A stretch of DNA of 64,000 nt from Candidatus Omnitrophota bacterium (GCA_015232565.1 JADFZK010000004.1:11907-75906); one strand, 5' to 3'; positions 49,784-60,741 are shown, counted from the first letter of the stretch. The notes: a model not told the origin generated them from the sequence alone. Made by a program: numbers and translations.

Positions 49784-51063
49784 AAACGCCCCTCGGCCTT
49801 CAATAAAAGATATTTGGCGGCATTGCCGATCATTTTATCGGCTGGAATATCATCGGGCACATACTCATTGGGCTTAACCCCGTCGAAAGGAAACGGCCGC
49901 CCATCCGGGAAATGCCCGCGGGCCACCACCATGGCCACACTCGAACCATCAGACATATTAAAAATACTTTTAAGCAGAACCTGCCCTGCGGTATCCCGCC
50001 CCACCACTATCGCCCGCTGACGAGCCTGCATCACGCCGGAAAACAACTCGGACGCGCTCCCGGTGCCGCTATTGACCAGGATCACCAGCGGCCAATCATA
50101 ATGGAACTCATCAGGCAGGCGCGGAATGACCAGCTCGGAGCGCGGCTTATGCCGGCCTTCAAAATACGCAAACAGCTCTTCATTAGGCAGAAAGAATGCC
50201 GAGACCATTAATGCCGCCAGCGGAGGCCCGCCGGGATTATTGCGCAGGTCGATAACCAGCCCCCGGGGCTTTTTAGCCGCGATCACAGGCAGAAAGCGGC
50301 TCATATCCTCATTGGTCTCCCGATTAAACTTCTGGATATCCAGACAATATACATCGGGCACCCCGGTCTCCCGAAGGAAAACAGTCTGTTTAAAGTACTC
50401 TTTACTGACCGGAGCGATTATATGCGGCTTACGCGCCACAGCGTCAATAAAATCAATCTGCACTCTCGCTCCGGCCAGCGGCACCAAAGCCGCCCGGGCG
50501 CGTTCTTCGCCCAGCTTAAGCACTTCCGTGCCATCAAGCCGCACAATAAGATCATTCTCGCGCAACCCCAGCGCGTAAGCGTCGGAACGTGGTTCAATAA
50601 AATTCACCACGAAGCCCGGCGCTTCCATCCGCCCTTCCACCCCCAGATCGATCTTCTGGCCGTAGACCTCCTGGGCAAACTTCTCCGCCGGCACGGGCGG
50701 AAGAAACCGGGAGAAAACATCATCGGGCTGTTTAAGATAATCCAACAGATAGGCGGTACTGCGCCAGCGCACATAGTCGGAACTTTTGCCCTCCAGCAAA
50801 AGGCTGGGCAGTATCTTTTCATCAAAAGATTTTATAAAACGGTCATAATCGGCGCGACGGATATCGAAAAAATAATTCTCGTCCATGGTCCGGTAAAGCT
50901 CCTCGAAATAAACCAGGCATTGCTCACGGACCGAACGCGGAGCGGACAGACTGGCCGCCGCGGCCGGGGCGTCTACCGCTTTACCCTCGACAGCCACCGG
51001 CAGGACAGACAGCAAAACACTGATCAACAGAAAATGAAACGGATATTTCATAAGTGGGGTCAT
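49780..51063 (-). CDS. S41 family C-terminal processing peptidase (Tsp/CtpA-like) with PDZ domain
   Basis: 427 aa; signal peptide; LVILVNSGTGSASELFSGVMQ catalytic-serine motif. Confidence 0.8.
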   Translation of the reverse strand: MTPLMKYPFHFLLISVLLSVLPVAVEGKAVDAPAAAASLSAPRSVREQCLVYFEELYRTMDENYFFDIRRADYDRFIKSFDEKILPSLLLEGKSSDYVRWRSTAYLLDYLKQPDDVFSRFLPPVPAEKFAQEVYGQKIDLGVEGRMEAPGFVVNFIEPRSDAYALGLRENDLIVRLDGTEVLKLGEERARAALVPLAGARVQIDFIDAVARKPHIIAPVSKEYFKQTVFLRETGVPDVYCLDIQKFNRETNEDMSRFLPVIAAKKPRGLVIDLRNNPGGPPLAALMVSAFFLPNEELFAYFEGRHKPRSELVIPRLPDEFHYDWPLVILVNSGTGSASELFSGVMQARQRAIVVGRDTAGQVLLKSIFNMSDGSSVAMVVARGHFPDGRPFPFDGVKPNEYVPDDIPADKMIGNAAKYLLLKAEGRL

Positions 51064-51110
51064 TGTAACACCTCACCAAAGAATTAAAATCAAAAAGCTT
51101 GCGGAAAAAC

Positions 51111-51791
51111 TTAGGGCGCCTGAAAGCTGGCGGCAATGGCTGTGCGGATATCAGCGGGTCGCACGTTGATATTGGTGATAAAAGATTCATGCGTGCGGCC
51201 ACGGCGATAATCCGGCATTTTTTGCGGGATATTCAAATACCGGCTGACCAGGCCCAGGTCGAAAGCATAAAGGATCGTGCCATGATGCAGAATAAAATGC
51301 CTGCCGCGACGCTGGGCATTGCCGGAGAATTTCTGCTCGGTGGCCGCCAAAGCCAGGTCGCAAACCGGCCGCAGGGCCGCACCCACCCCCAGGCTGTTCA
51401 AAGCCCGGACGACTTTGCCCAGAATATAAACATAGGAACCGGTAATGCCACTCAGCGCCGGATCCCGGTGTTTACCCAGTACCAGTGAGAAATTCAAACA
51501 GCCCGGCCCCTGCAAAACAGTCCCTCCGCCGGAACTGCGGCGCAGGACCGGGATACTGTCCCGGATGCAAGCCTCCGAAAACACATCCTCGGCTTCTTTG
51601 CCGGTACGGCCCAAGACCACAAAATGGACCGGCGATTCCCAAAAGCGCAAACATTCAGGACCACTTGCCCCTGCGACCTCAGCCTGGCGTAAAAGATCAT
51701 CATCGTAATCAAGATTTCGCCGAGGATCCAGGAAGGACAGGTCCACCAACATCATAAGGGCTCGCAATGGAATAACTGTAAAGACGATCAA
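51111..51791 (-). CDS. Lipoate-protein ligase / octanoyltransferase family protein (BPL/LPL catalytic domain)
   Basis: 226 aa; BPL_LplA_LipB-like core; directly downstream of and overlapping gcvPB, consistent with GcvH lipoylation. Confidence 0.6.
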   Translation of the reverse strand: MIVFTVIPLRALMMLVDLSFLDPRRNLDYDDDLLRQAEVAGASGPECLRFWESPVHFVVLGRTGKEAEDVFSEACIRDSIPVLRRSSGGGTVLQGPGCLNFSLVLGKHRDPALSGITGSYVYILGKVVRALNSLGVGAALRPVCDLALAATEQKFSGNAQRRGRHFILHHGTILYAFDLGLVSRYLNIPQKMPDYRRGRTHESFITNINVRPADIRTAIAASFQAP

Positions 51792-53269
51792 GCAAAGAAA
51801 TTTACCTTAACTTCACGCGCGGCTTTGGTTTCATCCGGCCGGGAAATAGGCATGGTGCGAGGTAAAAAATGGAAAACCTCGGGATCCTTTTGCGCAAGCT
51901 CGGCCGCCTCGATCATCGCGGCGGCAAACTCGTCGAGAGTCTCCCGGCTTTCGGTTTCGGTGGGCTCGACCATGATCGCTTCCTTAACCGTCAGCGGAAA
52001 ATATACCGTCGGAGGATGAATGTTACGATCAATAAGGAACTTGGCGATATCGATCGCGTGCACACCGCGCTCCAGCTGTTTCGACGCCGAGAAAAGGCAC
52101 TCATGCATACAAACCCGGTCGAAAGCCACCTGGTAATGGCCTTTCAACTTATGCAGAAGATAATTAGCATTCAACACCGCGTGATCGGCGGTCTGCTTGA
52201 GGCCTTCCCGGCCCAATATCAACATGTAAGCATAAGCCCGCAGAATGATGCCGAAAGCCCCGTAGAAAGACGCTATATACCCGATCGAATCCGCATGGTT
52301 GTAATCCAGGGCCAGCACGCCGTCAGCCCGCTTGACCACGCGCGATATCGGCAGGAACGGCTCCAGTTTCTCCGTCACTCCCACCGGGCCGGAACCCGGT
52401 CCGCCGCCGCCATGCGGCGTAGCAAAGGTCTTGTGTAAATTAAGATGCACCACATCAAAACCCAGGTCTCCCGGACGAGCGCGTCCGAGGATAGCGTTCA
52501 GATTGGCGCCGTCATAGTACATGATCCCATCGACCGAATGGATCAGCCGGCTGATCTCGTCGATCTGGGGGTTAAAGACCCCGTGGGTATCCGGACAAGT
52601 CATCATTAAACCGGCCACTTCAGGGGTCAATACAGCTTTCAGTTTAGCAAGATCCATCACGCCCCGTTTATCCGATGGCACCGATATAATACTATAACCC
52701 GCCACCGCCGCACTGGCCGGATTAGTGCCATGCGCGGAATCGGGAACTATGATAAATTTCTTGTTAGTATTGCCTTTGGCTTTGTGATACGCCGCCATCA
52801 GCATAATGCCGGTAAGTTCCCCATGGGCGCCCGCCAGCGGTTGCATGGTATAAGCTTTCATCCCGGTTATCTCGCACAGCCAGCGTTCACACTCGTAGAT
52901 CACTTCCAGCGCGCCCTGGGCGTATTTCTCGCCGCCCCGCAACTGAGGCAATAAAGGATGAAGATCCGCAAAACCGCTCAAGCCAGCCAGTTTCTCGGTG
53001 AACTTAGGGTTGTACTTCATAGTGCAGGAACCCAGCGGGTAAAAATTGGCATCCACCGAGAAGTTGCGCTGGGAAAGACGGGTAAAATGCCGCACTACAT
53101 CCAATTCCGACATCTCGGGCAACGGCGCAGCATTCGCGCGCACATATTTCGCCGCCAAAACAACTTTCACCGGAACGTCGGAAGCCGGAAGCTTTACTCC
53201 CTGGCGGCCCGCGGCGGATTGTTCAAAAGTCAGCTTCATACGCCCAGCACCTCCGCCAAGGCCTGGCAA
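51788..53269 (-). CDS. gcvPB: Glycine dehydrogenase (decarboxylating) subunit 2
   Basis: 493 aa; PLP-lysine motif NLHKTFATPHGGGGPG; true start is probably an internal Met (MKLTFEQS). Confidence 0.9.
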   Translation of the reverse strand: MPGLGGGAGRMKLTFEQSAAGRQGVKLPASDVPVKVVLAAKYVRANAAPLPEMSELDVVRHFTRLSQRNFSVDANFYPLGSCTMKYNPKFTEKLAGLSGFADLHPLLPQLRGGEKYAQGALEVIYECERWLCEITGMKAYTMQPLAGAHGELTGIMLMAAYHKAKGNTNKKFIIVPDSAHGTNPASAAVAGYSIISVPSDKRGVMDLAKLKAVLTPEVAGLMMTCPDTHGVFNPQIDEISRLIHSVDGIMYYDGANLNAILGRARPGDLGFDVVHLNLHKTFATPHGGGGPGSGPVGVTEKLEPFLPISRVVKRADGVLALDYNHADSIGYIASFYGAFGIILRAYAYMLILGREGLKQTADHAVLNANYLLHKLKGHYQVAFDRVCMHECLFSASKQLERGVHAIDIAKFLIDRNIHPPTVYFPLTVKEAIMVEPTETESRETLDEFAAAMIEAAELAQKDPEVFHFLPRTMPISRPDETKAAREVKVNFFA

Positions 53270-54576
53270 TAAGCCAGCATTTCGTCCCTGGTGCGTTTCT
53301 CGGTCACCGCTATCAACAAATAATCGTCCATTCCTTTATAATAACGGCCCAACGGAAAACCCGCGGCAAAGCCGCGCGCCATCATGGCCTCAATAACATC
53401 ATTGGCATTTCTAGGTAACCGCACAGTAAATTCGTTGAAAGTCGGCGCGGAGCGCTTGACCTCAACCCCCTTGAGGGCCGACAACCGGCTTTTAAGGAAC
53501 TCGGCCTTGTCCAGGTTCAATTGCGCCAACTGGCGCAAGCCCTGCCGGCCGATCAAAGACATAAAGATCGTTGCCTGGGTGGCGCAAAGCGCAACATTGG
53601 TGCAAATATTGGAAGTGGCTTTTTCGCGCCGGATATGCTGTTCCCGGGCCTGCAGGGTATTAACAAAACAACGCCGGCCCTGGGCATCCACCGTCTCGCC
53701 AACGATACGGCCGGGCAGTTGCCGAATGAACTTCTTGCGCGTCGCCATAAAACCCAGATACGGGCCGCCAAAATTAAGCGCCAGGCCTAAAGACTGCCCC
53801 TCACCGGTAACGATATCCGCATTCATCTCGGCCGGAGTCTTCAACAGGCCCAGGGACACCGGATACACGCTCTCGATCACCAAGGCGCCGCAGGCATGCG
53901 CTTTTTCAATGATATCGGTATGATCATCGATCGTGCCAAAGAAATTCGGGTTCTGCAGGATAAGCGCAGCGGTCTGATCGTCCAAAGCCTGCACTAGAGC
54001 CGCGCGATCCGCCTGGCCATGTGCCACCGGCACCTCAACGAACACAATGTGCAAACTATGGGTGTAAGAATCAAGTATCTTGCGATAGATCGGGCTTACC
54101 CCGCCGTCGATCACTATCTTCTTGCGGCCGGTAAGGCGTACAGCCATCATCATCGCCTCGTATAAAGCCGTGCCGCCTTCATAAAGCGAAGCATTCGCCA
54201 CCTCCATACCGGTCAGGGCACAGATACAGCTTTGAAACTCATAAAGAGCCTGCAAGGTACCTTGCGCGCATTCCGGCTGATACGGAGTATACGCGGTATA
54301 GAACTCACCACGGGAGATCAAGGCCGAACACGCCGCCGGAACATAATGATCATAATACCCTCCGCCCATAAAGGGCACCGGGCCGACCATGTTCTTCAAA
54401 GAAAGGGCGCTAATATGCCTCACAACTTCATACTCGGACAAGCCGGCCGGCAGGTCAAAAGAACGGGGAGACTGACGGGGCTGAATATCGACAAAGAGAT
54501 CGTCAATAGCGCGCGCACCGACCGCCTCAAGCATCAGGCGGACATCCTCCGGAGTATTGGCTATGTAAGGATTCAT
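53236..54576 (-). CDS. gcvPA: Glycine dehydrogenase (decarboxylating) subunit 1
   Basis: 446 aa; collinear with GcvPA; 34-nt overlap with gcvPB. Confidence 0.9.
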   Translation of the reverse strand: MNPYIANTPEDVRLMLEAVGARAIDDLFVDIQPRQSPRSFDLPAGLSEYEVVRHISALSLKNMVGPVPFMGGGYYDHYVPAACSALISRGEFYTAYTPYQPECAQGTLQALYEFQSCICALTGMEVANASLYEGGTALYEAMMMAVRLTGRKKIVIDGGVSPIYRKILDSYTHSLHIVFVEVPVAHGQADRAALVQALDDQTAALILQNPNFFGTIDDHTDIIEKAHACGALVIESVYPVSLGLLKTPAEMNADIVTGEGQSLGLALNFGGPYLGFMATRKKFIRQLPGRIVGETVDAQGRRCFVNTLQAREQHIRREKATSNICTNVALCATQATIFMSLIGRQGLRQLAQLNLDKAEFLKSRLSALKGVEVKRSAPTFNEFTVRLPRNANDVIEAMMARGFAAGFPLGRYYKGMDDYLLIAVTEKRTRDEMLAYCQALAEVLGV

Positions 54577-54605
54577 AGGCGGGTCTCTACGGGCCGTGGC
54601 AAACC

Positions 54606-55022
54606 TTAATCTTCGACAGAATCCCCGGTGTCGTTACGGTCCAGGCTGGCCAGATAATTGCGGTATTCATCGGCAGTCAACAAATTGGAAGTTTCATCCT
54701 CATCGACCATTTCGATCTTCACGATCCAGCCTTTATCATAACAATAACGGTTCAAGATCGACGGGTCATCCGCCAAGTCTTCATTGACCTCTATGACCCG
54801 GCCGGAAATCGGCGAGAAAATATCGCTGGCAGACTTTACCGATTCCACCGAAAGCAACTGCTCAAACTGCTCGACTTCCTTGTCGACGCCCGGCAATTCC
54901 ACATAAGTAATATCCCCTAAAGCAGACTGGGCGTATTCGGTAATGCCCACCGTGCCGATATTATCCTCGATGTTAACCCACTCATGCTCTTTGGTGTACA
55001 GAAAACGTTCAATGATCTCCAT
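54606..55022 (-). CDS. gcvH: Glycine cleavage system H protein
   Basis: 138 aa; lipoyl-lysine motif VESVKSASD. Confidence 0.85.
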   Translation of the reverse strand: MEIIERFLYTKEHEWVNIEDNIGTVGITEYAQSALGDITYVELPGVDKEVEQFEQLLSVESVKSASDIFSPISGRVIEVNEDLADDPSILNRYCYDKGWIVKIEMVDEDETSNLLTADEYRNYLASLDRNDTGDSVED

Positions 55023-55073
55023 GGAATACTCCTCACTAAATTTGACTATGATGACATTTGCGTCGCAAGAACA

Positions 55074-56162
55074 TCAATTCTTTAATGTCCCCAGCTTATA
55101 AAAAGGGCGCGCTACCAGTTCCGCGCGCTCCCTGAATTTTGCATCACCAAATATAATCTCTTTGCTATTGCTCGTAAACTCTTTTTTTATAAATCCCATA
55201 CCAATACCCGCCCCCAGGGCCGGTGAGAATGTGCCGCTCACGACGATACCCACCGGGACATCACCACCCGTATAAAGCCAGTGCCCCTGACGCGGTGCAC
55301 GACGGCTTTGCGCAGTGAAACATACCAGCTTTTGTGCCGGGCCGCTGTGTTCTTCCGCTTGCCAAGCCTGCCGCCCAATAAAGTCTTTGGTGCCATCCAC
55401 AAAACGCTTCAGGCCGGCCTGCAAAGGAGAAATATCCTCACTTAATTCATGGCCGTAAAGCGGATAACAAACCTCGACCCGTAAAACATCACGCACCCCC
55501 AGCCCGGTGGGCTTAACCCGCGGATCAGCCAGCACAGTTTCCCAGAAACGCCCGGCTTTTTCCCACGGGAAATAAACTTCATAACCGAGCTCGCCGGTAT
55601 ACCCCGTACGGCTCACTATGACCTTCTCACCCAGCACCACGAACTCGCCGCACGCATAATGCGCCAACCCTTCGATGCCACTTACCAGAGGCTTAAGGAC
55701 TTCGCGCGCCAGCGGACCTTGCACATCCAGCTTCGCCAGCGCCGGGGAGACATCCCGAAAATTAGCACCCGATCTCAAATTCGCCCTAAAGTGTGCGGCG
55801 TCTTTATTGATATTCGCGGCATTAACCACCACCATCCATTTCTTCCCGGCCAGACGGTAAACAATAAGATCATCAATAGTCCCGCCTTTTTCATTCAAGG
55901 CAAAACCATACCGGCAAGTGCCCACTGATTGATCAGCCAAAGGCTGGGTCACAATGCGGTCCAGGCCAGTGTCTTCCAGCCGGCCTTCAATAATAAATTC
56001 ACCCATATGCGAACAATCAAACAACGAGCAGCCTTTGCGATTGGCGTCGTGCTCCCGAATAATACCCTCGGGATACTGCAAAGGCATATCCCAGCCGCCG
56101 AACTCCACCACCTTGGCTCCCAGGGCAATATGCTGTTGATATAAAGGTGTACGCAAAGCCAT
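55074..56162 (-). CDS. gcvT: Aminomethyltransferase (glycine cleavage T protein)
   Basis: 362 aa; MALRTPLYQQHIALGAKVVEFGGWDMPLQY is the canonical GcvT N-terminus. Confidence 0.9.
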   Translation of the reverse strand: MALRTPLYQQHIALGAKVVEFGGWDMPLQYPEGIIREHDANRKGCSLFDCSHMGEFIIEGRLEDTGLDRIVTQPLADQSVGTCRYGFALNEKGGTIDDLIVYRLAGKKWMVVVNAANINKDAAHFRANLRSGANFRDVSPALAKLDVQGPLAREVLKPLVSGIEGLAHYACGEFVVLGEKVIVSRTGYTGELGYEVYFPWEKAGRFWETVLADPRVKPTGLGVRDVLRVEVCYPLYGHELSEDISPLQAGLKRFVDGTKDFIGRQAWQAEEHSGPAQKLVCFTAQSRRAPRQGHWLYTGGDVPVGIVVSGTFSPALGAGIGMGFIKKEFTSNSKEIIFGDAKFRERAELVARPFYKLGTLKN

Positions 56163-56165
56163 ATA

Positions 56166-59100
56166 TTACTCCAGGAAAATATCAATACGAGAAACCTTAC
56201 CGTCCCGGACCGCCCGGGCTAAAGGCGGCGGAATAACCGCGCCTTTTACCACTAACGACTTTTTCCGACCGGCATATTTAATTACCGACCGCACAGCCCT
56301 GGCCTGCTCACTGCCAAAAGTATTCTTTAACCCCGGATTATGGTAAACCACCAGAGTCCGCCCCATGAACACGAAAGCATAGCTCCGCGCCGGGAAAGAC
56401 AGCACGCGCGACTTGCCCTCCATTACCAGCCGGGCCGACGAAGCAGCTTTGGTGAAATACTTGCCCGGCAGGGCCGGACGCAATACCAGCTCAACCTCTT
56501 TATCCGCGTTGATCACAAACGGTGCCGGGCCCGCGTTCATATACATCCAGATATGGACGAATTCCGCGGTACTACCCGACAAACGGGCTACGTAACCCTG
56601 GCCATGAATAGCCTGGTCCGTATGCGCGCTGGAAACCAGGAAAGACGAATTCTCCAGAATACTGCGGCCATAACGCGCCGGCGGCATGAACGCTACACAG
56701 CAAGTATCCATGGCCGAATGGAACTCTTCGTACAAACCAAGCCGCAAGAGCTCCAAAAGGTATTTATATTCCATGTGCAGCCAGATCGATTCATTCTCCA
56801 GCCAGCCCCGCGGAAACACCCGGGTACGGCCCACTTCCTCGGTCTCGCGCGAAATATCAGCATTTAATTTGTACATGTCCAGCGCCTGGTCATAAAGAGA
56901 GCTGCCTTTGACCTTGCCATGCAGAGCCCGGGCTTTAACCTGATCCGTCTCACAGCGCAAGGCATGCACAAGCCCCTCCAGGAACAGAGGCATATCGTGC
57001 CGTTCGAAAGCCAGCGGGCGCACATGCGGGCCTTCCTTGGCATCCGCCACGCCATCCATCGGCTCATACCGGGTAACCTGGTGATAGAAGTATGTAGGAA
57101 ACAACCCGTCCGGACGCATAGCATTCGCGACCCCCGCATCCACTTTCCGGACGACCGCCTCCAAGAGGGTGCAAATATCCCCCACCAAAAGGCCTTTTTC
57201 CACCCCACTTACCCCGGCACGAACCTTGACGCGATATTCTTCCTTCGAAGTGTTAGCTTTCTTCCAGTAATCCAGGTCGCCGGGCTTTTCATCCAGAACA
57301 GCCTTAAGCTCATCGAAGAACAAAGCCAATTCCTCAAACACCAGCACCACTTCAGTGCCGTCCAAAGCCAGCCTTCGGCAAGCATTCAGCACAAACAGGG
57401 CATGGCGTTTTAGTTCAAACGTTTCCGCGATAGACGAGCCTAAAAGCCCGGGCAAGCCGTTAAGAGAATCATACCAACCCGGCTTGTTCGCCTCCATATC
57501 GATGCCGATACCGCTCGGATCGAAAGTCGCCGCTTTATTCACTATAAGACAAAGCAATTTAACCAGCAGGCTGGTACGATACACATCGCCCTGCCCATGC
57601 CGGATACGCAGGCGATGCCCGCGGTCCTGATCTTTCTTGCCTTCGTGCAGTGAATCGTACTGCCGCACACCGCGGGCAGTCAACACATAACGCTCGTCGC
57701 GCGGGCGCACATAAGCCGCGTTATGATAAAAAGAAAACTCCCGGTTCTCCAGGATAAGGGCCCGCAGATTCTCGGGATACAACGCCAAATAACTCTCCAC
57801 CAGATCCAGATTATAGGTCCAGTGATCCACCCAAAAGCCTTCGCCATGCTCGGCAGTCTCAAACTTCTGGCAAAGCCCCAGCAATCCAGTCAGGAAGCTG
57901 TGCGCTGAAACCTTTAACCGTATCGCGTTCTCAGCCAGAAACACGAACAGATCTCCCGGCATAAACCCCTTGCGCAAAAACGCCTTTAAAACCGCCTGGT
58001 CGCCAGACTTAACCGTACGGGCCAATAACTCGTCGATCTTTTGGTCATCATCGGCCGTAAAGGCCATGCCGCAAACCACCAGAGGGTTATACCCGTCCGC
58101 CTGGGAAAGGCTGAAGAAGCTCAGGATCGCATTCTCTTTAAGGTCACTGTTAAACCACACATCATTACGGCGGTTCTGGTTAACATCGCGATAATTCCCG
58201 TTCCCCTGTGACAAGAACGTCGGAGAAAGACGGAAGAAATTATAATCACGCTCAGGGTCACCGTGCTTGCGGCTGTAAACATTAAACACCGCCGGGCCTT
58301 CACCGGTCTTCAGCGAGATCGGCAATCCGCCGCGCATAACATTGTCCAGAAAAGTCTGGCCGGAATAAGCATCAAAAGCAGGATAAGCGCTGTGGGTGAA
58401 CAGCCGGGACTTTATCTCTTCAATAATAACCCGGTTACGCTCAGCTTTGGCGGCCACAAAACCTTTGGCGGTAAGCTTGCGCACATTAACATTAAGTTCC
58501 TCGACACTGCGCGCAAATCCGATCACACTCACCACTTCCCTGGAAGCACCGGAACCCAACCCAAAACTAACAGCGGTCATGGCGCTGGGCGTACGATTAT
58601 CGGTCTGCTGTACTTTCGGCAGGCTGAACTCACCCGCCGCCATGAAACGCTCAGGCGCGATAAGATCAGTAGCTAAACCAAAAACCGCCGAGGCTTCCAC
58701 CACCGGATCCAGCAAAACACCCGGCCGGGCGGCAGGATCGAAAGCAAAATAAAAGTTGCCTTCCTTTATGTGTTTGGTCTGCGGAGTATCGGCGGGTTCA
58801 ACGTTCAACTGATAATAAGGCGCCTTGCGATCCATATTGCGCACCTTATACCAGGCTTCAATGGTGCGGCACATATTCTTCATCACCCAGTCATTCTGGC
58901 CAAAAGGGCTGATAGCCGGCAAGCCGTCCACCATTTGCAATGTTGTCCGCACTTTGGAAATATTTTCCAATTTAACGCGACGGACCAACCCGGCAAAAGG
59001 TTCTTCGGCAACGGTAAAATAATTAACTGTTACCTTCAAGCCCAACGTTGAATTGATCTCTTCGATGGTCAAGTCATGGGATGAAATTATCATGCGCTGG

Positions 59101-59432
59101 GCAAGCTGGTAGGCCTGACCCGCCGGAGAACGAAAGGGCTCATAGAAGAATGAACCGCCCTTCCGGTTGACTTTCAGAAAAGTACGGAAACCATGAGTAG
59201 CGGTCAACTGATAGGCTTTATTGGCGGGCTGAAATTCCAATATCGCCTTGTCCTTGGACTCGATACCAAAACTGGCAATACATTGCCCGCGATTGGCCGT
59301 AAACACCCACATCGGCGTGCCCCACACTCCCGCTATACCAGGGAAGAAATTGGAAAAAGGCCGGGCCTGGTGATAATCATTGATCACAAAACTGCCGTTT
59401 TCCAGCAAAGCGTATTGGTCTTTCCCGGGCAT
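56166..59432 (-). CDS. Large uncharacterised protein (1088 aa); possibly a glycoside hydrolase/phosphorylase-like (alpha/alpha)6-barrel protein
   Basis: Long uninterrupted ORF, 3 nt upstream of gcvT. No signal peptide or unambiguous motifs; the fold suggestion is weak pattern recognition only. Confidence 0.5.
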   Translation of the reverse strand: MPGKDQYALLENGSFVINDYHQARPFSNFFPGIAGVWGTPMWVFTANRGQCIASFGIESKDKAILEFQPANKAYQLTATHGFRTFLKVNRKGGSFFYEPFRSPAGQAYQLAQRMIISSHDLTIEEINSTLGLKVTVNYFTVAEEPFAGLVRRVKLENISKVRTTLQMVDGLPAISPFGQNDWVMKNMCRTIEAWYKVRNMDRKAPYYQLNVEPADTPQTKHIKEGNFYFAFDPAARPGVLLDPVVEASAVFGLATDLIAPERFMAAGEFSLPKVQQTDNRTPSAMTAVSFGLGSGASREVVSVIGFARSVEELNVNVRKLTAKGFVAAKAERNRVIIEEIKSRLFTHSAYPAFDAYSGQTFLDNVMRGGLPISLKTGEGPAVFNVYSRKHGDPERDYNFFRLSPTFLSQGNGNYRDVNQNRRNDVWFNSDLKENAILSFFSLSQADGYNPLVVCGMAFTADDDQKIDELLARTVKSGDQAVLKAFLRKGFMPGDLFVFLAENAIRLKVSAHSFLTGLLGLCQKFETAEHGEGFWVDHWTYNLDLVESYLALYPENLRALILENREFSFYHNAAYVRPRDERYVLTARGVRQYDSLHEGKKDQDRGHRLRIRHGQGDVYRTSLLVKLLCLIVNKAATFDPSGIGIDMEANKPGWYDSLNGLPGLLGSSIAETFELKRHALFVLNACRRLALDGTEVVLVFEELALFFDELKAVLDEKPGDLDYWKKANTSKEEYRVKVRAGVSGVEKGLLVGDICTLLEAVVRKVDAGVANAMRPDGLFPTYFYHQVTRYEPMDGVADAKEGPHVRPLAFERHDMPLFLEGLVHALRCETDQVKARALHGKVKGSSLYDQALDMYKLNADISRETEEVGRTRVFPRGWLENESIWLHMEYKYLLELLRLGLYEEFHSAMDTCCVAFMPPARYGRSILENSSFLVSSAHTDQAIHGQGYVARLSGSTAEFVHIWMYMNAGPAPFVINADKEVELVLRPALPGKYFTKAASSARLVMEGKSRVLSFPARSYAFVFMGRTLVVYHNPGLKNTFGSEQARAVRSVIKYAGRKKSLVVKGAVIPPPLARAVRDGKVSRIDIFLE

Positions 59433-59443
59433 ATTCAGCTTCC

Positions 59444-60244
59444 TTAATATGGACTTTGAGAGTCACGGATCAAATTGTAATATCCGGACAACTTAACCAG
59501 TAGTACAACAGCTCCATCCGCATCTTTAATGCGTATGCGCTTAATTTCATAAAGATCCCAATTCAAACGGTCCCGCCCGCGATTAGTGGTAAAAGCCGCC
59601 TTATAACCGGCCTGACGAGCAATGAGTTTCATCTCATCACTAAAACCACCGGTAGGGAACGCCAGATAATCGACATTACGGCCCAGTTGCCTTTCCAATT
59701 CGCGCTTACTGTCCACGATCTCCCGGCGTGCCGTATCCAGCGGCAGGTCAGGCAAATACGCATGAGTAACCGTATGACTGCCGATCGTTATTCCATGCGC
59801 GGACATCTCCAGCATCTGCGCCCGGTCCAGGCGCGGCCACGCCCATTGCTCGGCAGGGCCGCCCACCGCCGCAGAAGGCACAAAGATCAGCGCCGGCAGG
59901 TCGTATTTTCTCAATACCGGATAGGCCTGGGTGAAATTGTCCAGAACCCCATCATCGAAGGTAATAACCACGCTTTTCGCGGGGAATTTGCCGCCCGCGG
60001 CCGTAATGGCCGCGTACTCATCGGCCGTTAGAACCCGGTAACCATTCTGTTTAATGAACCGCATCTGGCGCTCAAAGGCAGCGGGGCTCACCGAATTAGC
60101 GCTGTCGCGCTGGTTCTCGGCGATACTAATGCTGTGATACATTAATACCGGCACCACATATCGGCCCGGAAGCCAAAAGAATAAAAAAATAACCGCAGCC
60201 GCCAGGACTCCGCAGGCCGCCAACCATATTTTTCTCATAAGCAA
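59444..60244 (-). CDS. Polysaccharide deacetylase (NodB homology domain)
   Basis: 266 aa; N-terminal TM, then LMYHSI and VITFDDGVLD NodB motifs. Confidence 0.75.
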   Translation of the reverse strand: MLMRKIWLAACGVLAAAVIFLFFWLPGRYVVPVLMYHSISIAENQRDSANSVSPAAFERQMRFIKQNGYRVLTADEYAAITAAGGKFPAKSVVITFDDGVLDNFTQAYPVLRKYDLPALIFVPSAAVGGPAEQWAWPRLDRAQMLEMSAHGITIGSHTVTHAYLPDLPLDTARREIVDSKRELERQLGRNVDYLAFPTGGFSDEMKLIARQAGYKAAFTTNRGRDRLNWDLYEIKRIRIKDADGAVVLLVKLSGYYNLIRDSQSPY

Positions 60245-60246
60245 AA

Positions 60247-60696
60247 CTAAAGCCCGGAAAGCTTCTCCCTTACCATGTCGCTAACCAGCTTCCCGTCCGC
60301 GCGGCCCGCCACTTTGTCCAACACCAGCTTAACCACCTTGCCCATATCCTTCATGGACACCGCCCCTGCCTCGCCAACCGCTCCGGCAACAATAGCCTTA
60401 AGCTCATCAGCGTTCATCTCCTGGGGCAAATACGCCTTCATCAATTCCACTTCAAACTTTTCCTTGGCGGCCAGATCCATCCGGGACCCTTTTTCAAACT
60501 GCTCTATAGAATCCTGACGCTGTTTGATCTGTTTTTTTATGACCGCGATGACACCTTGATCATCCAAAGCCTCAAGGCGGCTATCGACCTTAACTTGCTT
60601 GATCATGGCGCGCAAATAACTCAAAGCTTCCGACCGCGCCTTATCCCTGGCCTTCATGGCCTCGATATAATCCTTGTTAACCTTTTCTTCCAGCAT
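60247..60696 (-). CDS. GatB/YqeY domain protein
   Basis: 149 aa; YqeY-like helical protein (KARDKARSEALSYLRAMIKQ...AKEKFEVELMKAYLP). Confidence 0.75.
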   Translation of the reverse strand: MLEEKVNKDYIEAMKARDKARSEALSYLRAMIKQVKVDSRLEALDDQGVIAVIKKQIKQRQDSIEQFEKGSRMDLAAKEKFEVELMKAYLPQEMNADELKAIVAGAVGEAGAVSMKDMGKVVKLVLDKVAGRADGKLVSDMVREKLSGL

Positions 60697-60741
60697 AAAT
60701 ACCCCTTATGGAATTTATAATGATATTAGGCAGACTACGTA

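Noticed and set aside
50422-52438. Plus-strand ORFs 50422..51087 (221 aa) and 51869..52438 (189 aa)
   Set aside because: They are antisense to the S41 peptidase and gcvPB genes, which carry strong family motifs. Shadow ORFs.
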